From assembly GCA_000004985.1 (NCBI GenBank), contig GG738933.1: a DNA stretch of 64,000 nt, one strand, 5' to 3'. Source of the DNA: Naegleria gruberi. Its lineage: Eukaryota. Shown piece after piece: positions 23,642-35,574 of the stretch (positions are counted from its first letter, which is position 1; each line of letters opens with the position of its first letter). Below the pieces are notes generated by a model. That model ran no database searches and was not told the DNA's origin. It worked only from the letters and a program-made list of their open reading frames with translations. Made by a program: the position numbers and the translations under genes.

Positions 23642-24599
23642 TAATTGTTGATGATGATGATGAAATAGGATGACGACGAAGAGTAAATAAATTGTTGTTA
23701 TTTGTTAGGATGTGAGTTCTATTGTTGTGGAAAGTGTCAGGTTAGAAAAAGAGTCGTTTTTTTACGGCAGGCAATTAGGAAAGTGTTAGGTGACAAGAGA
23801 GTAAACGAGTAATAAAATTGGCAATGGTTTTGTTTTGATCAAAATCGATCGATTCTATGTCTACTAATCACTTTGAACAATAACTGAAGAATAGTAGAGG
23901 AACGTGGGAGTGAAATACTTTTTTTCTTCAATTCAGTTATCAAGAATCCGAGATGAAGATATTGTGGTTAGATTCCTCCTCATCAGAATCATCTTCAGAG
24001 GAGGCAACATCTGAGTTGGTATTGCTCCTTCCTTCATGATGAAGGTACAATCCGATTCAATAATTTCATTGTTCGACCTTTTCGTGTTTGGCTTGTCCAT
24101 TCGTGTAAGGTGTTGCCAAAGGTTTTGATTTTCGGTATAAAATTGTCAAGACATGTCCAAATTATTTATTTCCTACTAATTGAATATCTTCCAGTCCGAT
24201 TAAACGGAATCTGCAACACTTCTCGGCAAATAGTATGAAGCATGTTATTAATATACAGGCTTGTGGAGTTTTTTTTAAAGATTTAGAAATTTACAGTTTA
24301 AAATTTTGGAGGGAAAAAGTTGATCCCAAACGGAGTTTATGTGCAAATGTGGGTAGTTTTGCAATTATTACAAAAAGCGAATCATGATCTTAGTTGGCTT
24401 ACTGAGTTTGTTCTTTCTTAATGATGGGAAGATGCAAATGTTGTAGGAACTGAATCGTTAGACTCAGCTCTATTTTATTCTTGCATCTTTGTGTTATTTA
24501 TTGTGGAAACTCACTATCCTAAACTCGTCAATCATTTGTCCGTTACATTTAATAAAATATTTAAAATATTTATTTTGAATTTTTTTAAAATCAAAAAAA

Positions 24600-25097
24600 A
24601 TGGCATCACTCACTCATTGTACCTCCCGATCGGTCATTCACAGTCTCTTCAAGAAATACGATCAAGATAATTCCAATTCTATCAATATTTCTGAAATGAA
24701 GAATTTATTTGTTGCGGATATGGGAATTAACTTCTCCGATGATAATTTGATGGCCATTCAAATGTATATGGACAAGGATTCCGATGGTAAAATTTCCTTT
24801 GATGAATTTTTTAATTATTGGACAACTATTGTGAAGAATGATGAAGATATTGTAACAAAACCAGAGAGCAGTGAAAGATTATACCGATTGACCTATGCTG
24901 CACTCTTATTCAAGAATACAGACACAAGTGGAAATAGACAAATATCGAGAGAGGAATTTGTTTCCTTCTATCAACAATTGTACAATAATTATTCTGCAAA
25001 TATGGCTGATATTGATTATGCTTTGAATTATATTGATACTGACAAGTCGGGTTCTTTGAGTTTCCAAGAATTGATTAATTGGTTGAGATGGTTGTAA
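24600..25097 (+). CDS. Calcium-binding protein with four EF-hands
   Basis: 165 aa with four canonical 12-residue loops (DQDNSNSINISE, DKDSDGKISFDE, DTSGNRQISREE, DTDKSGSLSFQE). Confidence 0.8.
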   Translation: MASLTHCTSRSVIHSLFKKYDQDNSNSINISEMKNLFVADMGINFSDDNLMAIQMYMDKDSDGKISFDEFFNYWTTIVKNDEDIVTKPESSERLYRLTYAALLFKNTDTSGNRQISREEFVSFYQQLYNNYSANMADIDYALNYIDTDKSGSLSFQELINWLRWL

Positions 25098-25195
25098 ATA
25101 GTTAATATTATTATTATCTGTGAAGTTATACTAATATTATAAGTTATTTGTATAATTAGGAATATATACCTAGTAATTTATTTTTAATAGTATTA

Positions 25196-27292
25196 TTAAT
25201 CTTCTGCTGTTTTAATTTCAGAGAGAATAGTTTGGAATAATTGTTTGTATCCACCACCTAAATTGGAAGAATATGTGAGCGACCAAACATGATTTCCTGT
25301 AGTATTTACAAGTGCCTCGATATGTGTAATCTTTTTCATACTTTCAGGTGTGAGTTCTGGAGGATTTTTCAATTCATATTCACATTCTGATAGATAGACA
25401 AAGATTTCCCTCTTGTTAGAGCTGACAAATCTCTTCTTTTCTGGAGCTGATATTTGAAGGAAATTGTTGTGTTGCTCGGAGAGGAGTGATAATTGTTGGC
25501 TTGCAAGATTCAATAGAGCACTTTCATCTGGTGGATTAACTGTTTCTATTTTGAGCTTTTTCATTAAGAAATTATCGATAGATAGGGTCTTTCCTTCTTT
25601 GTGAGCTCTCAATTGCATGGGTGAATCTAGTTTGGCATTTGGTTTGACTTCCTCTTCCTTATATTCCCATCCATAAGGACACTTTATCCATAATGTTTCA
25701 TCAATATCCAAAAACAGAGATTCGAATAAGGTTGCTGAAGAGGAAGGCACCGAGTTGGCCACCAATTCAACGAATGGTGTCAGATTTGGTTTTCCGCAAT
25801 TTGAAACGTAAACGTACAGTAGCTTGGCATTACAACCAATATCGAGAGAATAGATTTTGCCTTCTACACCCAATTTAACTGGAAATTGAGAGTGCAAATA
25901 TCTTGGATATTTGGCTTCTAACCTGTTAACCTGCTCTGTGACATCAAAATCTGCTTTGAATGAAATAATGTGGAATGTTCGTCTACTGTTTGCATCTTCC
26001 TTCTTGATGAGAGATTTAACCTCATTAGTGGTTCCCTTATCCTTGAATGTGGCATTACTAATATGGAGCTCGTTTTCCAATCCTTTTTGAATATCTTCGA
26101 ATGGATCATTTTGACTATTACATCCAACCAATAACATGACAAAAACTCTATCGACCACAGCAGGATTATGTTGGAAACAATGTTCCACATCTGTCGCGAG
26201 GCAATAGATGGCATTATTGACCTGTCGTTCCTCTCTCCATCTTGGAAGACACTCATTGGCAAAGAGAGCACCCATCTTGCTACTGAGATTTTTCGAGTTT
26301 CTCTTGAGGGAGAAACGACGAGATCTTCTCTTTTCTACCGGTGGAGGTTCAAGAGCATCTGAATTCTCCAACAATTCCATCAACTCTTCTTGCGCCTTCT
26401 CCCAATTCTTGTTCAATTCTGGGCCCATTTCCCAAGGACTGAGTGGATAGTTCACTGTACCAATCAACCATGAATATCTAGAACTTTTAACAAAATCTCC
26501 CTTCTTGATTGGTTTTGAGAGTTTTAATTCATTGATGGAGAATCTGGGTGCACACTTCATTTTGAATGCAACTGAAAGGGATCCCTTTTCTGTGTTTTCT
26601 AGTACTAGATTGACTGGAAGATCATAAATGTTTGGAATACTAGTCAATTTGAGAGAAACGTCTCCTTCATTCTCATCACTCGAAAACATGTCATAATCCA
26701 TTATTTTGAAATTAAATGTAGAAGTTGAGAGTGGATTCAAATCATTTGGAATTGAGAATGGCATCATCATTCCACCACCTGGTGATGTTGGAATTTTGCT
26801 ATTTGGTGAGCTAGGAGCTGACATGGCAGCAATACTTTTCATAACACACTCTGTCAAATTAATTTGAAATGTTTCATTCCAACTAGGATTGAGTGTCTTT
26901 TTCTTCGTTGCAGTCTTTGCAGTGAGCCAATTCTCCTGAATTCCATTAGGATCCGTATTCGTAAAGGTCACAATTGAATAAGGATCTGAAAATCCATTCT
27001 TATCTTTTGGCACGAGATCAGTAGCTCCAATAACTCTCACCATCATGCAATCATGAACATTCTTTACAATACTATTCAAATGTTCCAACATGGCAGCACC
27101 ATCATAAGCTGTACGAGGATCTACATAGTGTTCATTATTATTTGATGTTTGAAGCAGAGGAGGAGGTTGACCAGCACCACCATTGGACATGACCATTGTA
27201 GAAGAAGGATCAATACCATGACTTCCACCACCACTATTACTCGCCGTACTTAATGGAGTAAATGAGGAAGAAAAGGCTTTCAACTTTTTCAT
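25196..27292 (-). CDS. C2-domain protein
   Basis: C2 signature VRVIGATDLVPKDKNGFSDPYSIVTF...LNPSWNETF. The ORF track start (27301) is a TTG. The first ATG is at 27292, and an in-frame stop lies just upstream. Confidence 0.55.
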   Translation of the reverse strand: MKKLKAFSSSFTPLSTASNSGGGSHGIDPSSTMVMSNGGAGQPPPLLQTSNNNEHYVDPRTAYDGAAMLEHLNSIVKNVHDCMMVRVIGATDLVPKDKNGFSDPYSIVTFTNTDPNGIQENWLTAKTATKKKTLNPSWNETFQINLTECVMKSIAAMSAPSSPNSKIPTSPGGGMMMPFSIPNDLNPLSTSTFNFKIMDYDMFSSDENEGDVSLKLTSIPNIYDLPVNLVLENTEKGSLSVAFKMKCAPRFSINELKLSKPIKKGDFVKSSRYSWLIGTVNYPLSPWEMGPELNKNWEKAQEELMELLENSDALEPPPVEKRRSRRFSLKRNSKNLSSKMGALFANECLPRWREERQVNNAIYCLATDVEHCFQHNPAVVDRVFVMLLVGCNSQNDPFEDIQKGLENELHISNATFKDKGTTNEVKSLIKKEDANSRRTFHIISFKADFDVTEQVNRLEAKYPRYLHSQFPVKLGVEGKIYSLDIGCNAKLLYVYVSNCGKPNLTPFVELVANSVPSSSATLFESLFLDIDETLWIKCPYGWEYKEEEVKPNAKLDSPMQLRAHKEGKTLSIDNFLMKKLKIETVNPPDESALLNLASQQLSLLSEQHNNFLQISAPEKKRFVSSNKREIFVYLSECEYELKNPPELTPESMKKITHIEALVNTTGNHVWSLTYSSNLGGGYKQLFQTILSEIKTAED

Positions 27293-29464
27293 TTCTTTCA
27301 AGTGTTGGTGATGTGATGATGTATTATTACAACTATTATTTGTACAATTACTGCAATTAGTACAATTACAATGATTACTAGTGCAAAGGGTTAATGATGA
27401 GGTGTCGGTATTATGATTATTGTATTCTAAACCAGCAGATGATCCGGAGGAAGGAATTGAATGATTACTATGAGATTGTTTTCCTCCTCCTCCCGAAGAT
27501 GAAAGAGAAGATCGCCTAAAAGGAGAGGAAGGTGGCTTTAATAACTCTTCAGAGTTGAGTGATTTGAAAATTCCGTAAATTTTTAAAAGAAAAAAGTGGC
27601 GGGGAAAATGAGGGTTGGTTTTTGAAGGTTTTTTTTCAAAAATGTTTGATGTTTTTGTTGGTGGAGAAGAAGAAGAATTAAGGATGTTGAATGAAGGGAG
27701 ATTGGAATGAAGAATTGTATATTGTTGTACGAAACTTGATTTGGGAGTGATGTTTTTTTATACGAATCTAGTTTAAATTATTCGAAACAATAGAATGATA
27801 CCCAACAAGAATTGACTTGAATCAGTGTTTATTAACCACTAAATATCGAATTTTCCCGCTCAATCCAACTTCCAGAAATTCCAAGCAAAAAAAAAAGTCT
27901 CAACCCCCTAGTCATTATGACTGATCAATCCGTACCAGCAAGTTCTTCTATTCCTTCGAGTGTTGATCAAAAATACAACACCTACTCTACAACCGCCACA
28001 CAAATTGTTGTTAGTCCAGACACTGCGGAAGCGAAACAAGCAATGATGACCATAATAACAACAACATCTGTTCCGCCTCGTGATCAGCAGAGCCAAACAA
28101 TGATCATCGTTGTAGTCTTGATCATCACAAGATGAAAGTCAAGGAAGGATTGAACAGAGCGAAGGAAACAATTTGTTCCAAGCTCAAATTGCTGGTAGGA
28201 TTGATCAAAAGAAAGACGAGACCATCACCACCTGTTTTCCAACACTATCACACCTCGGATGATTGGGAAGACCTCAAACTGAATGAAAAGAGAAGTGATT
28301 TGTGCAAAATTTATTTTGCTGATGATCAGATGATGAAAGTTCTTTCCAACAATAGATAATCAACAACATATTATCAAATTCAATATTCCAATATGAATAA
28401 TCTGGATTGTGTACCAGTCATAAGAAAGCTTTTGGGTAATCAGAGACGACATTTGTAATCACCAATTGTCCAAGCATCTATGCTCAAACAGAAGTTTAAC
28501 TCTTCGGAAAGGTGTATTAAGCTCATCAGAATTCTCGAATTCTGAACCACAAAACACCAGCGGAAGATTTTCCAATGACAACGTTAAAGGAATCTAATTC
28601 ATTGAGGAATATTGACAACTAACATTCTCAATAAAAAAGTTATTGTCAAAGAAATATTAACATCTATTGGACTGACAAGAACAATTTCATTTATTAAACC
28701 TTTTGAAGTCAGTGGACTTGTTTCAGTAGTAAGATCTCTAGCTTCAATTTGATTAGATTCGGTTGCCCATGGTGTTACCAGATTCTTGCCTTCTCCTTCT
28801 TTCTTCTTCTAACACAAACAATGATTATTGAAAAAATGACAATTGAAGATAGGTCAATTCATTGAGGAAATACTCAATAATCTAATATATTCATGATAAT
28901 CGGAACCAGAAGTTCTGACAGCTGGCATGTCAGCAATTTCGTGTTAATTAAAGTTTCCTTAATTAAATCCATTTTCTTAACTTGATCTCTTGAGAATAAC
29001 GAAACAGTTCTAGCAACGATATTATTCAACATGTTGGATAACATTGTAGAGGCGCTATTCAATGAAGATTCGACTTCTTCGTCTTATAAATTGAGTTTCG
29101 CATAAGCGGTTTAGACAATTGACTTGAAGTACAATTTACTAAAGTATGCTTTGATAATCTTTGCGCCAATTTCGGTCAACTGTCTTTGCCGCATTTGTAT
29201 GTGGATTCCAAAGATTGGAAAACTCTCAAGGCAGAATCTGGTGAAGAAGATCCAAGAGCTTCCAATGATTGAATTGCAGACGAAATGGCAGTAGGACTTG
29301 TGATAAAATCTTTGTAGTTCCAAGTCACATTATATGATTATTCAAATTCAATATTGAATAAAGTTGAACAATGCAGATTGATAAAATAATCCTTAATCTT
29401 AATGAAAGAACTTCAATTTGCAAAAATTTTAAATATCATTCCAATAGAACATTGGAATAATCAT

Positions 29465-30280
29465 TTAATTCCAAATGTTAAATTTCCTCTTGTTTTCCTT
29501 ATTGATATCAAAGGTTCCCTTCTTCTTTCCAGATTCTTCATCAATTGATCCACCCAATCCACCACAACAGTACACAACCTTTGTTAAATCATTTGGCAAC
29601 TCAATATTCAACTTTTCAGCTTGAGCTTTCATGGCTTGTTCTGTTAAAATCTTTTCCAAAGAAATTGAAATATTCCATTCACTGGAAAAATCATAGACAT
29701 AATCAATACTGTCAACACTTCTATTCAAAACCGAGTCCAATCTGCATTTCGATTCTTCTTTTCCTTCCTGACACATACTTCTATCTGTGAATTCGCCTTT
29801 ACAGGTGTGAAACATGTGCAAGTGACCATCATCCCAATCAAAAGCATACATGAGCAAATTGTGTAAATGTCGCAGATTAGCATTCTGAACTGACAAACAC
29901 ATTACTCTATTAAATTTGTTTCTTGGCAAATCAAATTTAACATTAAAATAAACTCCTGATTGACCAGAAGAGCTACTTGCTGATTGACCACTTTCCATTT
30001 TCTGCTTCTTCTTCTTTGGCTCAACCACTTTCTTCACAATTTTAGTTTCCTCCTCACTTTCGTCACTTTCCTCATCAATACCTTCCTCTTCCAACATTTC
30101 CTTCATGTACATCTCCATTCGTTTCTCAAACTCTTCCTTTTCAGTTCTATCGCCACTATTATATAATTCTTCTTCGCCATCTTCGTCATCAGTATAATCA
30201 CCATCATCATCGTCACTGTAATAATCATCATCATCATCATCATCATCACTCCCTTGTTTGTTGGCTAAGAGTTTTACCAT
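29465..30280 (-). CDS. Acidic protein with a pRiA4b-ORF3-like domain
   Basis: 271 aa. A poly-D/E N-terminus is followed by LHNLLMYAFDWDDGHLHMF...DYVYDFSSEWNISISLEKI. This resembles the conserved AFGWDDDHLHEF...YDFGDGWEH motifs of the PRiA4_ORF3 family. Confidence 0.5.
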   Translation of the reverse strand: MVKLLANKQGSDDDDDDDDYYSDDDDGDYTDDEDGEEELYNSGDRTEKEEFEKRMEMYMKEMLEEEGIDEESDESEEETKIVKKVVEPKKKKQKMESGQSASSSSGQSGVYFNVKFDLPRNKFNRVMCLSVQNANLRHLHNLLMYAFDWDDGHLHMFHTCKGEFTDRSMCQEGKEESKCRLDSVLNRSVDSIDYVYDFSSEWNISISLEKILTEQAMKAQAEKLNIELPNDLTKVVYCCGGLGGSIDEESGKKKGTFDINKENKRKFNIWN

Positions 30281-30581
30281 CTTTTCAAAGTAGGCATTTG
30301 CTTCTTTTTTAGTGGGGAAGGGAGAGACTTAATGTTCGGAGTTTTTGTTTTTTTTGTTGTTGTTGTTGTTGTGGAAGATGAAGATGGTTTGTTCTTCTTC
30401 TGTTGTTGGACTTCTCATGAGTCGTGGTGGATTTTGAAATTTGTTGATGTTGACGTTTGTTGTTTTGTTTGCCCATTTTTTTTAAATAAAATAAATAAAA
30501 TTAAAAAACATAAACAATGTTTATCATCATTGAATTTTTACTAAACCTAAAAGTCAATACCCGAATACTAAGGAAAAGGTT

Positions 30582-30654
30582 ACAGCGAGCGGGGCTTGAA
30601 CCCGCGACCTTAAGCGTGTTAGGCTTACGATCTAACCAACTGATCTATCGCTGC
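30582..30654 (-). tRNA. tRNA-Val (anticodon AAC)
   Basis: A 73-nt cloverleaf on the minus strand. The acceptor is GCAGCGA/TCGCTGT, the D-stem GATC/GATC, the anticodon stem TAAGC/GCTTA with loop CTAACAC, and the T-arm GCGGG-TTCAAGC-CCCGC. Confidence 0.85.
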
Positions 30655-30754
30655 TTACATTCTTAACTAACTTTACTGTGTTGACATCATATTATAGAAA
30701 TTTTCCAATATGAACTTTCAAAGTTCTTTAAACTTCAAAAATAATTAAAAAAAA

Positions 30755-32008
30755 ATGAAAAGAAAGGAATCTTCCAGCACCTCAACCAAACAACAGCAGA
30801 AAAAATTAAAACGTTCAGACGACTTTCAAAATGCCACCAATCACGAAATTGATCATGAAATTGCAACCATTGATTCCGAGATTAAGAATTTGAACCAATT
30901 TAAAGAGGAATTGTTGATTATCAAGAGAATGAGACCTCAGACTAATGTTTATTATTCTGCCGAAATGAAGAAGAATGCTTCCATTGTTAATAATTCATCA
31001 TCAGCAGCAGCTGTTTTCCAGTTGCAGAAAATTGGAACTGATCCAATGAGTTTAGTTTTGGAGTTTGCGTTTAAACATCAAGTATTAGAAATTGGTGAAC
31101 TGAAAGAGTTGACTTTATTATGTAAGGCCTTTTGGGAGACAATTTATTTCGTACCGTTCACAATCAGTCTTGGCAGGGAAGTAAAAAAGATAGACACGAA
31201 GAAAATGTCCAAATTGACCAACTTGAAAGGTATTGAAATAGCTTGGTATCCATTGAATATCAAGTTGATGGAGCATTTACTCAAGTTGAATGGCAACCTA
31301 TTGGATAACCTTGTCATCAGATACGATTACTATAATGGTAAAGGTGTTGTGATTCCATCAACTTTCGCCAATTCTTTCAAATCATTGAAATATGTCGATT
31401 GTTTAGATTCTAAAAAGAAAAAGTTTGACTTTTCTCAAATGAGCTCAGTAGATAATTTTTGCCTTATTCTCCATTCCTCATCGAGAGATTATCATGAAAA
31501 GATGATTCCCTGTTTTCCTCCCAATTTGAAAAAGTTTTGCATTTTGAGATCGAATATTGATCAATATCTGAAATTTCCAGATATTTTGAAATATGAACAT
31601 GTAACAATTATTGAACCACAGGATGTACTGGCCACGAATAGTATTAGGAGAAATCTATTTGTGGACTTTTATCTACCAGCAAGCTCAACAAAGACTTTAA
31701 CCTTAATTCGTTTAAGTGCCAAACAAAAGAAACCAGATCCTCTCATTCCACTTTTAGCTCAACATGAAATCATTGCAAAGGATGCTAATGGAGTGTTTGT
31801 TGTGGCAGCAAGTGCCAAGTACATGACCAATATCATGTCTTTGGCAGAGGTAGCTCATAAACATTTGGAGGTGGCATTTGAGGAAGATTCGGCTGTTCCT
31901 AATTATCCCTCAAATAGGTACATTGATGAGCACTTTAAGGTTTTTAAGAGTTTCTTCCCTGACTTGGTTTACTCTCATGATGGGCAACACGTTTCACCTC
32001 ATTATTAA
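30755..32008 (+). CDS. Hypothetical protein, possibly F-box-like plus a leucine-rich region
   Basis: 417-aa ORF with an ATG start. The motif LVLEFAFKHQVLEIGELKELTLLCKAFWETI is F-box-like. No firm domain assignment. Confidence 0.3.
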   Translation: MKRKESSSTSTKQQQKKLKRSDDFQNATNHEIDHEIATIDSEIKNLNQFKEELLIIKRMRPQTNVYYSAEMKKNASIVNNSSSAAAVFQLQKIGTDPMSLVLEFAFKHQVLEIGELKELTLLCKAFWETIYFVPFTISLGREVKKIDTKKMSKLTNLKGIEIAWYPLNIKLMEHLLKLNGNLLDNLVIRYDYYNGKGVVIPSTFANSFKSLKYVDCLDSKKKKFDFSQMSSVDNFCLILHSSSRDYHEKMIPCFPPNLKKFCILRSNIDQYLKFPDILKYEHVTIIEPQDVLATNSIRRNLFVDFYLPASSTKTLTLIRLSAKQKKPDPLIPLLAQHEIIAKDANGVFVVAASAKYMTNIMSLAEVAHKHLEVAFEEDSAVPNYPSNRYIDEHFKVFKSFFPDLVYSHDGQHVSPHY

Positions 32009-32296
32009 TTCATTCGAAACGATCCAATTTTCCCGCCATAAATATTTAATATAAACACAATTCACTTAAACCAGTCAACTGTGACTGTTTAGAAATTCCA
32101 CCATGGATATTTTAATAGTCGTGTGCATAAATCCAAAGGCCTAGGGTGCACTTTTAAAATGGCCGTCATTTCTCTAAAACCAACTGAAAGATTATCCTAG
32201 GTGCCTAGTGCGTACTAATTCAAACCTATTTAAGCAACAAAAACAATTATTGCAATTCTTCAAATAATAATTCAAAAAAACAACAACAACAACAAA

Positions 32297-33052
32297 ATGT
32301 CTACAACAACAAACAAATTAGTCGTCATTACAGGTGCTTCCAGTGGTATTGGTGAAGCTACTGCAGTTTTATTCGCTCAGAAGGGTTACAAGTTGCTTCT
32401 CCTTGCTAGAAGAAAGGACAGATTGGAAGAATTGGTGAATGATAGTCGTTACTCTTTCAATCAAGATAATACTCTCATTCATCAATGTGATGTCACCAAT
32501 GTTGAAGATATTCGTACAGGAGTTGAATTGGCAACCAAAAAGTTCAATTTACCAGTTGACTGTTTCATTAACAATGCTGGAATTGGTCATTCTTCTCCAC
32601 TTTCTGAGCAATCATTAGATAAGCAATATGCTGTCATTGATGTCAATATCAAGGGTGTCCTCAACGGCATTAACGTCGTTGCCAAGGACATGGTCCAACG
32701 ACAAGCAGGAACCATCATTAACATCAGCAGTATTGCTGGAAGAAAGACCATGGATGGTGCCTCAGTTTATTGTGGTTCAAAGTTTGCAGTTCATGCCATT
32801 AGTGAAACATTGAGAAGTGAGGTTGCTTCTTCCAAGGTCAGAGTTGTTGTAATTTCACCTGGAGTGACAGAGAGTGAAATTACTGGACACGATGAGAAAC
32901 TACACGAAATGGTTGAAGGAATGAAGAAGGGACTTACTTTGGGTATTCTAAAGGCACAAGATGTTGCCGAATCTATTCTGTATGCCTATCAAGCTCCTCC
33001 ACATGTTTGTTTGAGAGAAATTGTTTTGGCACCAACAGAACAATCCCTTTAA
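32297..33052 (+). CDS. Short-chain dehydrogenase/reductase (classical SDR, NADP-dependent YdfG-like)
   Basis: 251 aa, intronless. It has VVITGASSGIGEATA (TGxxxGxG), NNAG, and the catalytic S...YCGSK (YxxxK). Confidence 0.85.
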   Translation: MSTTTNKLVVITGASSGIGEATAVLFAQKGYKLLLLARRKDRLEELVNDSRYSFNQDNTLIHQCDVTNVEDIRTGVELATKKFNLPVDCFINNAGIGHSSPLSEQSLDKQYAVIDVNIKGVLNGINVVAKDMVQRQAGTIINISSIAGRKTMDGASVYCGSKFAVHAISETLRSEVASSKVRVVVISPGVTESEITGHDEKLHEMVEGMKKGLTLGILKAQDVAESILYAYQAPPHVCLREIVLAPTEQSL

Positions 33053-33335
33053 AAACATCACAGTGATAAGGAATGAACATGATAACAATTATATGTATTA
33101 TATATGTAAAATAGCAATAAATTGTCGCAATACCTCTCTTTTTGGTGTTAGTTACAAGTCAATCCAATAGTTGTAGCGCTCCTAATAGTCAATTGAGTAA
33201 TCATACATATGAATTGGAACAACTAATCTCTTTAAAGAGATTCTAAGAAGAAAAACCTTTGAATTAGAGGAGTCATATGGAGTATTGAAAAACGTTCATG
33301 TATCCAACTCACTTTTGTTTCAACAAATAACAATT

Positions 33336-35196
33336 TTACTGCACAATAACATCACAAAACTTATTCTGTAAGGCACAATTTAACATTCCTCTTTTGGCAT
33401 GGTGATCTATACGAATCAAATGAACCATGAAAAACATTGGTGAGCTCTGAATATCCTCAATTTGCCACCACTTTCTATTGCTCTCTGGAAGAATCAAATC
33501 AGTTATATTGACAGGTTTGGAAATATTGAAATGTGCATTGCAGGTGAGAGGTGAAATCATGTCATAATCATTTGATCCAGCTGCATAGATTTCATTCTCT
33601 CTGGTGATAAAGAATGTTGTGCTTCCCTTGGTGCAAATAACCTTTTTGATAAATTCATTTCTGATATTAATATGAGTGGGTGAGGTCACTTTAGTTTGCT
33701 TGGAAGGGAGGCAACATTGTGAGAAAGTATTTTGTCCACACATGTAAACTTGTCCAAATTTGCTTAAAAAAGCACTATATTGAGGTCCACATGAAATATC
33801 GACAATCTTATCCTGTTGATATGCCAATTGGATGGCAATCTTTTTAAATTTTTCAAAAAGTGTTGCATTAGTATCTGGATCAATTTGATTATAGAGATTA
33901 TATCCACATCCATAGACATTTCCTAAATTTGATAAACATAATGAATGTTCATCTCCACAGGCAACCTTTACAATAAATTCTTGTTCAGATTCGTATGGGA
34001 ATTTTACAAGTGTAAAATCTAGGATTCTATCCAACAAGGCGTCAACTCCACATTGTCCTTTTTCATTAATTCCTACTGAGAATACTTGTCCATTACTGGT
34101 TAAAACCAGTACATGATCTTGACCTAGAGCCACATCCACGACTTGTTGATTTTGAAAATATTCTGCAGGGATGTGGAATGGAACAAATGAATCTGAAAGG
34201 TCCTTCTTTCCCTTTCCTAATTGACCAAAAGAGTTGCAACCTTGACTGAGTAAAGATCCATCCTTTGTCAAGTAATAAGAAAATGTTCCAGTCACTAAAC
34301 ATCCACTTGAAAAACATTTTACAATATTCAACTCCTTTACAGAAAATGGTATTCTCTCTGGAATTAATTTTCATTAATTTTCACTGATATCAGTTTTGAA
34401 ACTTACCAAGAGTAGTGATTGGAATTTCTTCCCTTCCTTTCATTTCCAAATACTTGTCGTAATTAGTCAGAGTATTGGTATTTGAAATTTCCTTTTGACC
34501 ATGAATGCCTGACATGAGTGCCTCCTTAGAACAATTCCAAACAGTTCCATCAGAAAGAGCAAGAAAGGCACCATTCTCATTGAGTTGCACATCCACAACC
34601 GAAAGATATCGATCTGATTCACTTTCCTCTCCATTAATTCCAACCAAATCAATAAAACCTTTCAAGTTGTGTTTTTTAAGAGGATTTTCCTTTCTAATGA
34701 ACCAATCAGTTCTATTCATATCAGAAAATTGTGAAGAATTAGCCAAAACCTTCAATTCTCTCTTTGCTTTAGTGTCTTTAAAGTCTATATGCAAATATTT
34801 ACAATTCTTTCCAAATTGACAAGCAGGAGTCAATTGATTCAAATTATTCTCGGAAGATATTGCCACTTGTTTATAATGTTTACAAACAGCACTATGTGAA
34901 AATAGACATCTATCACCATAGGAACATCCCTTGTTATGATTCTGATTCTGATTTGATGATTCACCACCTCTCCATGATGATGATGATGAATTCCTCTCTG
35001 TTGTTTTTCTCTTATTATTATAATGAAAAGAGCACGGATTCTTCTCATAGAAGGAAGTATAGAATGGAAGTGATGCGATCATCAAGACTTTGTGTTCTCT
35101 CTCGTACCGATTAAAAGTCGATGAAGTTGCCAAATGATTAGACATTAAATTTAATCTACTATTATTAGTAATTAATGATGAGGATGATGGAAGCAT
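33336..35196 (-). CDS. CCCH zinc-finger / RCC1-repeat protein (2 exons, ~603 aa)
   Basis: Exons are 35196..34407 and 34357..33336, with a 49-nt GTAAGT...TTCCAG intron. Exon 1 has two C3H1 fingers (CSYGDRCLFSHS, CQFGKNCKYLHI). Exon 2 has about five RCC1-type blades (GQLG, GQCG, GCGYN). Confidence 0.6.
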
Positions 35197-35574
35197 TTTT
35201 TAATAAATTGTTTGAATGAAGAATTGAATATCGGATCATCATCTATTATTATTGATAATCAATTGAAGAATGAACGTTTTTTTGTTTTTATCTATTTATA
35301 CATTGGTATCAAGCTTGAAATTTATCTTTTGCAATTTTTCTTTTCATCTTTAAATTTCTGGCCGTTATATATAAAATGAAAAGCCAGTAAAAAAATTTGT
35401 AGCAAATTTCTACATGCTTCATCAGCAACAGTTGAACAACAAGAACAAGAACAACATGAAGAAAGTATTTCAATCCTCTCATATAATGTAAATTTTGCTG
35501 GATGTGGACGTCAAACAGGAACCTACTCGAAGAGAAGAGGAGGTAAGAGAGTTGAGCAAGCCATCGAAGAGGCT

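Noticed and set aside
27301-27560. Upstream extension of the C2-domain gene through Cys/Asn/Thr-rich sequence
   Set aside because: An in-frame stop (tag at 27332-27334 on the minus strand) lies immediately upstream of the TTG 'start'. The low-complexity sequence beyond it is therefore not part of this reading frame, and no splice donor/acceptor pair was found to join it.
27917-28359. Two small + strand ORFs (72 and 75 aa) and the minus ORFs at 28874-29323
   Set aside because: No domains, weak starts and a possible frameshift between them. Left unannotated for lack of support.
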